DNA of 63,987 nucleotides, filler included, from Basidiobolus ranarum (Eukaryota): NCBI GenBank assembly GCA_040143965.1. It is 6 parts of 6 records of this genome, joined end to end, with 100 filler letters (N's around TTAATTAATTAA, not from the genome) between each part and the next. Parts side by side here need not be neighbours in the genome. Positions count along the whole stretch, not along the records: positions 53,510 to 63,987 come from JASJQH010000702.1; 5 more parts are not named here. One strand, 5' to 3'. Shown piece by piece: positions 61,735 to 63,987 of this stretch (position 1 is its first letter; each line of letters starts with the position of its first letter). The notes under the pieces were generated by a model. It saw only the letters and a program-made list of their open reading frames with translations, ran no database searches and was not told where the DNA came from. The position numbers and the translations under genes were made by a program.

Positions 61735-63987
61735 TTGGAGATGAGTGTTGATCAAGTGTCAACAAACCTTGTATTTATAAAATTCCAATCACTTTTATTT
61801 ACGGGACTAAAAACAACAATGTGAAAATCTAGTCAGAATAGTTTCTATCTGGTGAGATTTCATTGCCAAATTCATGTTTTATTTATCATTGATCACCAAC
61901 GATTTCAGGACCCAGAAGATATTGCCAAATGTGGTAATATGAAGTACATTCAAGCTGCCAAGATAAGAGTATTGGAACTTTGACCTGTTATATATGGCAA
62001 TAATGCCTGTAAGCAGGCAGTTTTAACCCTTAATTCCTTGGTGCTTAGATTAGCGATAACTTTCCCGGAAAATGTAGTGATAACGTAATAGATTCGCCAG
62101 GCATATCGTGCATTGGTCTTCCCAGGAATCCTACCATATATATCGGCATTGATTGTTGGGTCAGAGATTGGAAAATATCCACGATTAAAATAATACAATT
62201 GATGTATTGGATAGTACTGTAGAAGACATTTCGCTATGGACCATTATAGTATGAAGAAGTATTTGGGGCAGGAGACTCCCCATAGAATTTCCCGATTACT
62301 TAAAATGACCGCAGTATAGAATTGACCTGATACCCACAAGCCCATATCATTGAGGCTGTATAGGAAACGTAACATTACTTCCCCAGAGAGAGCAAATGGC
62401 CTTGATGGATATTACTTGACGTAAATGGAGTGCGTAGAAATTTATCTAATTAATTGAGTGGAGATGTTGGATTGACTGAGTTGGTTATATTGCATATGGC
62501 TATTGTGGTGGTCTATTTAGTATGAGGAGAAACTCCAGTAACATTCGTCACAATTCCTATGTACGCACACAGTACATTGTTAGTGGAAGATGTATTCATG
62601 CGCTAGTGAACTGTTGAAGTCATGAATATTACAATCCTGTATAATTGAAATGTTTGTGTCAACTCAATGGTATGATATATCATATCTACCGCATTGGCTG
62701 GTACCTTTACTGGGTTTCAGGCTTATCTCTTCTACTAAGCGAGCCCTGCTCGAGGTAACTCAAAGTCCAGAGCTTTTTGGTAATACTACAGTTCATAACC
62801 CTCTAAAAGTTCAAATTAAGCATAATGCTCACTATAAAAGTATCTACCCTTATCATACAGCAATGTGACCAGACACAACGTTCACTGAACCACGAAACGA
62901 TACGATGCGCTGTCAGTTTTTTATGGAAAATATTTTTACCAACACTGAAGAGAGATGTACAAAAGACTAGACTACGAATATTAAATATGAGGTTCACTAC
63001 AGATCACTGCTTATGTTATTAGAATACCTCGTAAACTTAATGCATAAATGTGAGGAAATGGCAAACAACTAGTTCTAAAGTAATATATTTGCGAAATGAA
63101 ACGATTAAAGCATTGTTGTTGTAATGATCTATTCCTCTTGGGAAATCTTATTTAGCGCATGAAACTTGGTAAATCTAAACAAAGGCCTGAAATAGATACT
63201 AATGATAGCTTTTTCCGTATTTATTCCAAATGCAGTTACTGTAGTTTTACTCCTGAAATGACTGGTTACGTGACCAAAAAATACTCATCTTGCATTAGAT
63301 TGTCAATAATGCAAGTAAGGTATTTGTTTGAATCGGTCCACTGTGCCTTGTAATACAGGAAAATATATCTGCCAGTGTATAACATCATCCATATGAAGAA
63401 TTGGATTAGATTCGGTAACAGTCAAGGATTCTGATTTGTTCAGATGTTGACTGACTTCTAATATGAGGGGATGTCCTACGAGGTACTCTGTAAGCGTTCT
63501 TCACGTATTTTGTAATAGGTAATGGAGATGTAGTAAACAGAACCATTGGTGAGGATAAGTAAAAACCCGCGTACGCAGCTTGGCCATCAAGGTAATTGGC
63601 CAAGATATCGTTTCAAGTACTACAATTCATGCTAATAAGTCGGAAATGATAGAGATGTCAGTGAAGATCAATTGGCTGAACCAATGTGACATTCCTGCTG
63701 AGATTTCTTGGTATTACTTACATGTATTTCCTAAGAATCCTCACGTTTACAGGCATCTTATTGATTGATTTCGACAAAATAACCGTGGCAACAGTTTGAG
63801 GTAGATTTTATCATGACAAGTGGTAGTCATGTGAACTCCAATTCGATGATTACTGGTAGATTCACCTCAAATTCTGTCAAGGAGTGAATAGGTGCCTCTT
63901 CCCTCGGAACTTTGATCTCCACAATGATTTGACAATTCGGTACTTGAGTTCTATAAAAGAACAAGAATGCTACTCCACAATTCGTAT

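Noticed and set aside
63406-63700. ANYLDGQAA resembling Gypsy gag
   Set aside because: One weak motif with no supporting domains or LTR.

Overview
This is not a contiguous locus. It is six unrelated contigs of about 10.5-10.6 kb, in decreasing size, joined by artificial 100-bp N44-TTAATTAATTAA-N44 linkers. The source is an AT-rich fungus with short GT-AG introns; an early-diverging, Basidiobolus-like lineage is my inference. Contig A (1-10614): Ayr1-like SDR, secreted 5'-nucleotidase, truncated Pho85-type cyclin. Contig B (10715-21322): eIF3c, a spliced Mic12-like gene, trehalose phosphorylase, bracketed by two divergent near-identical NCS1 permease paralogs. Contig C (21423-32027): P5 ATPase C-terminus, bZIP factor, and about 6 kb I cannot assign. 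Contig D (32128-42719): a nest of decayed Copia, Gypsy and DNA transposons that has lost almost all CpG. Contig E (42820-53409): GT34 C-terminus, TLC-domain protein, repeat-rich CBM19-like protein. Contig F (53510-63987): intronless bacterial-type sphingomyelinase C, GPI-type Ser/Thr-rich protein, methyltransferase, thaumatin. One ~350-bp LTR family occurs in all six contigs. The strongest leads are the Bacillus/Staphylococcus-like sphingomyelinase (candidate horizontal transfer) and copy-to-copy evidence of CpG-directed mutation of repeats. I see no CRISPR array, rRNA or tRNA, and no clearly new multi-gene system.
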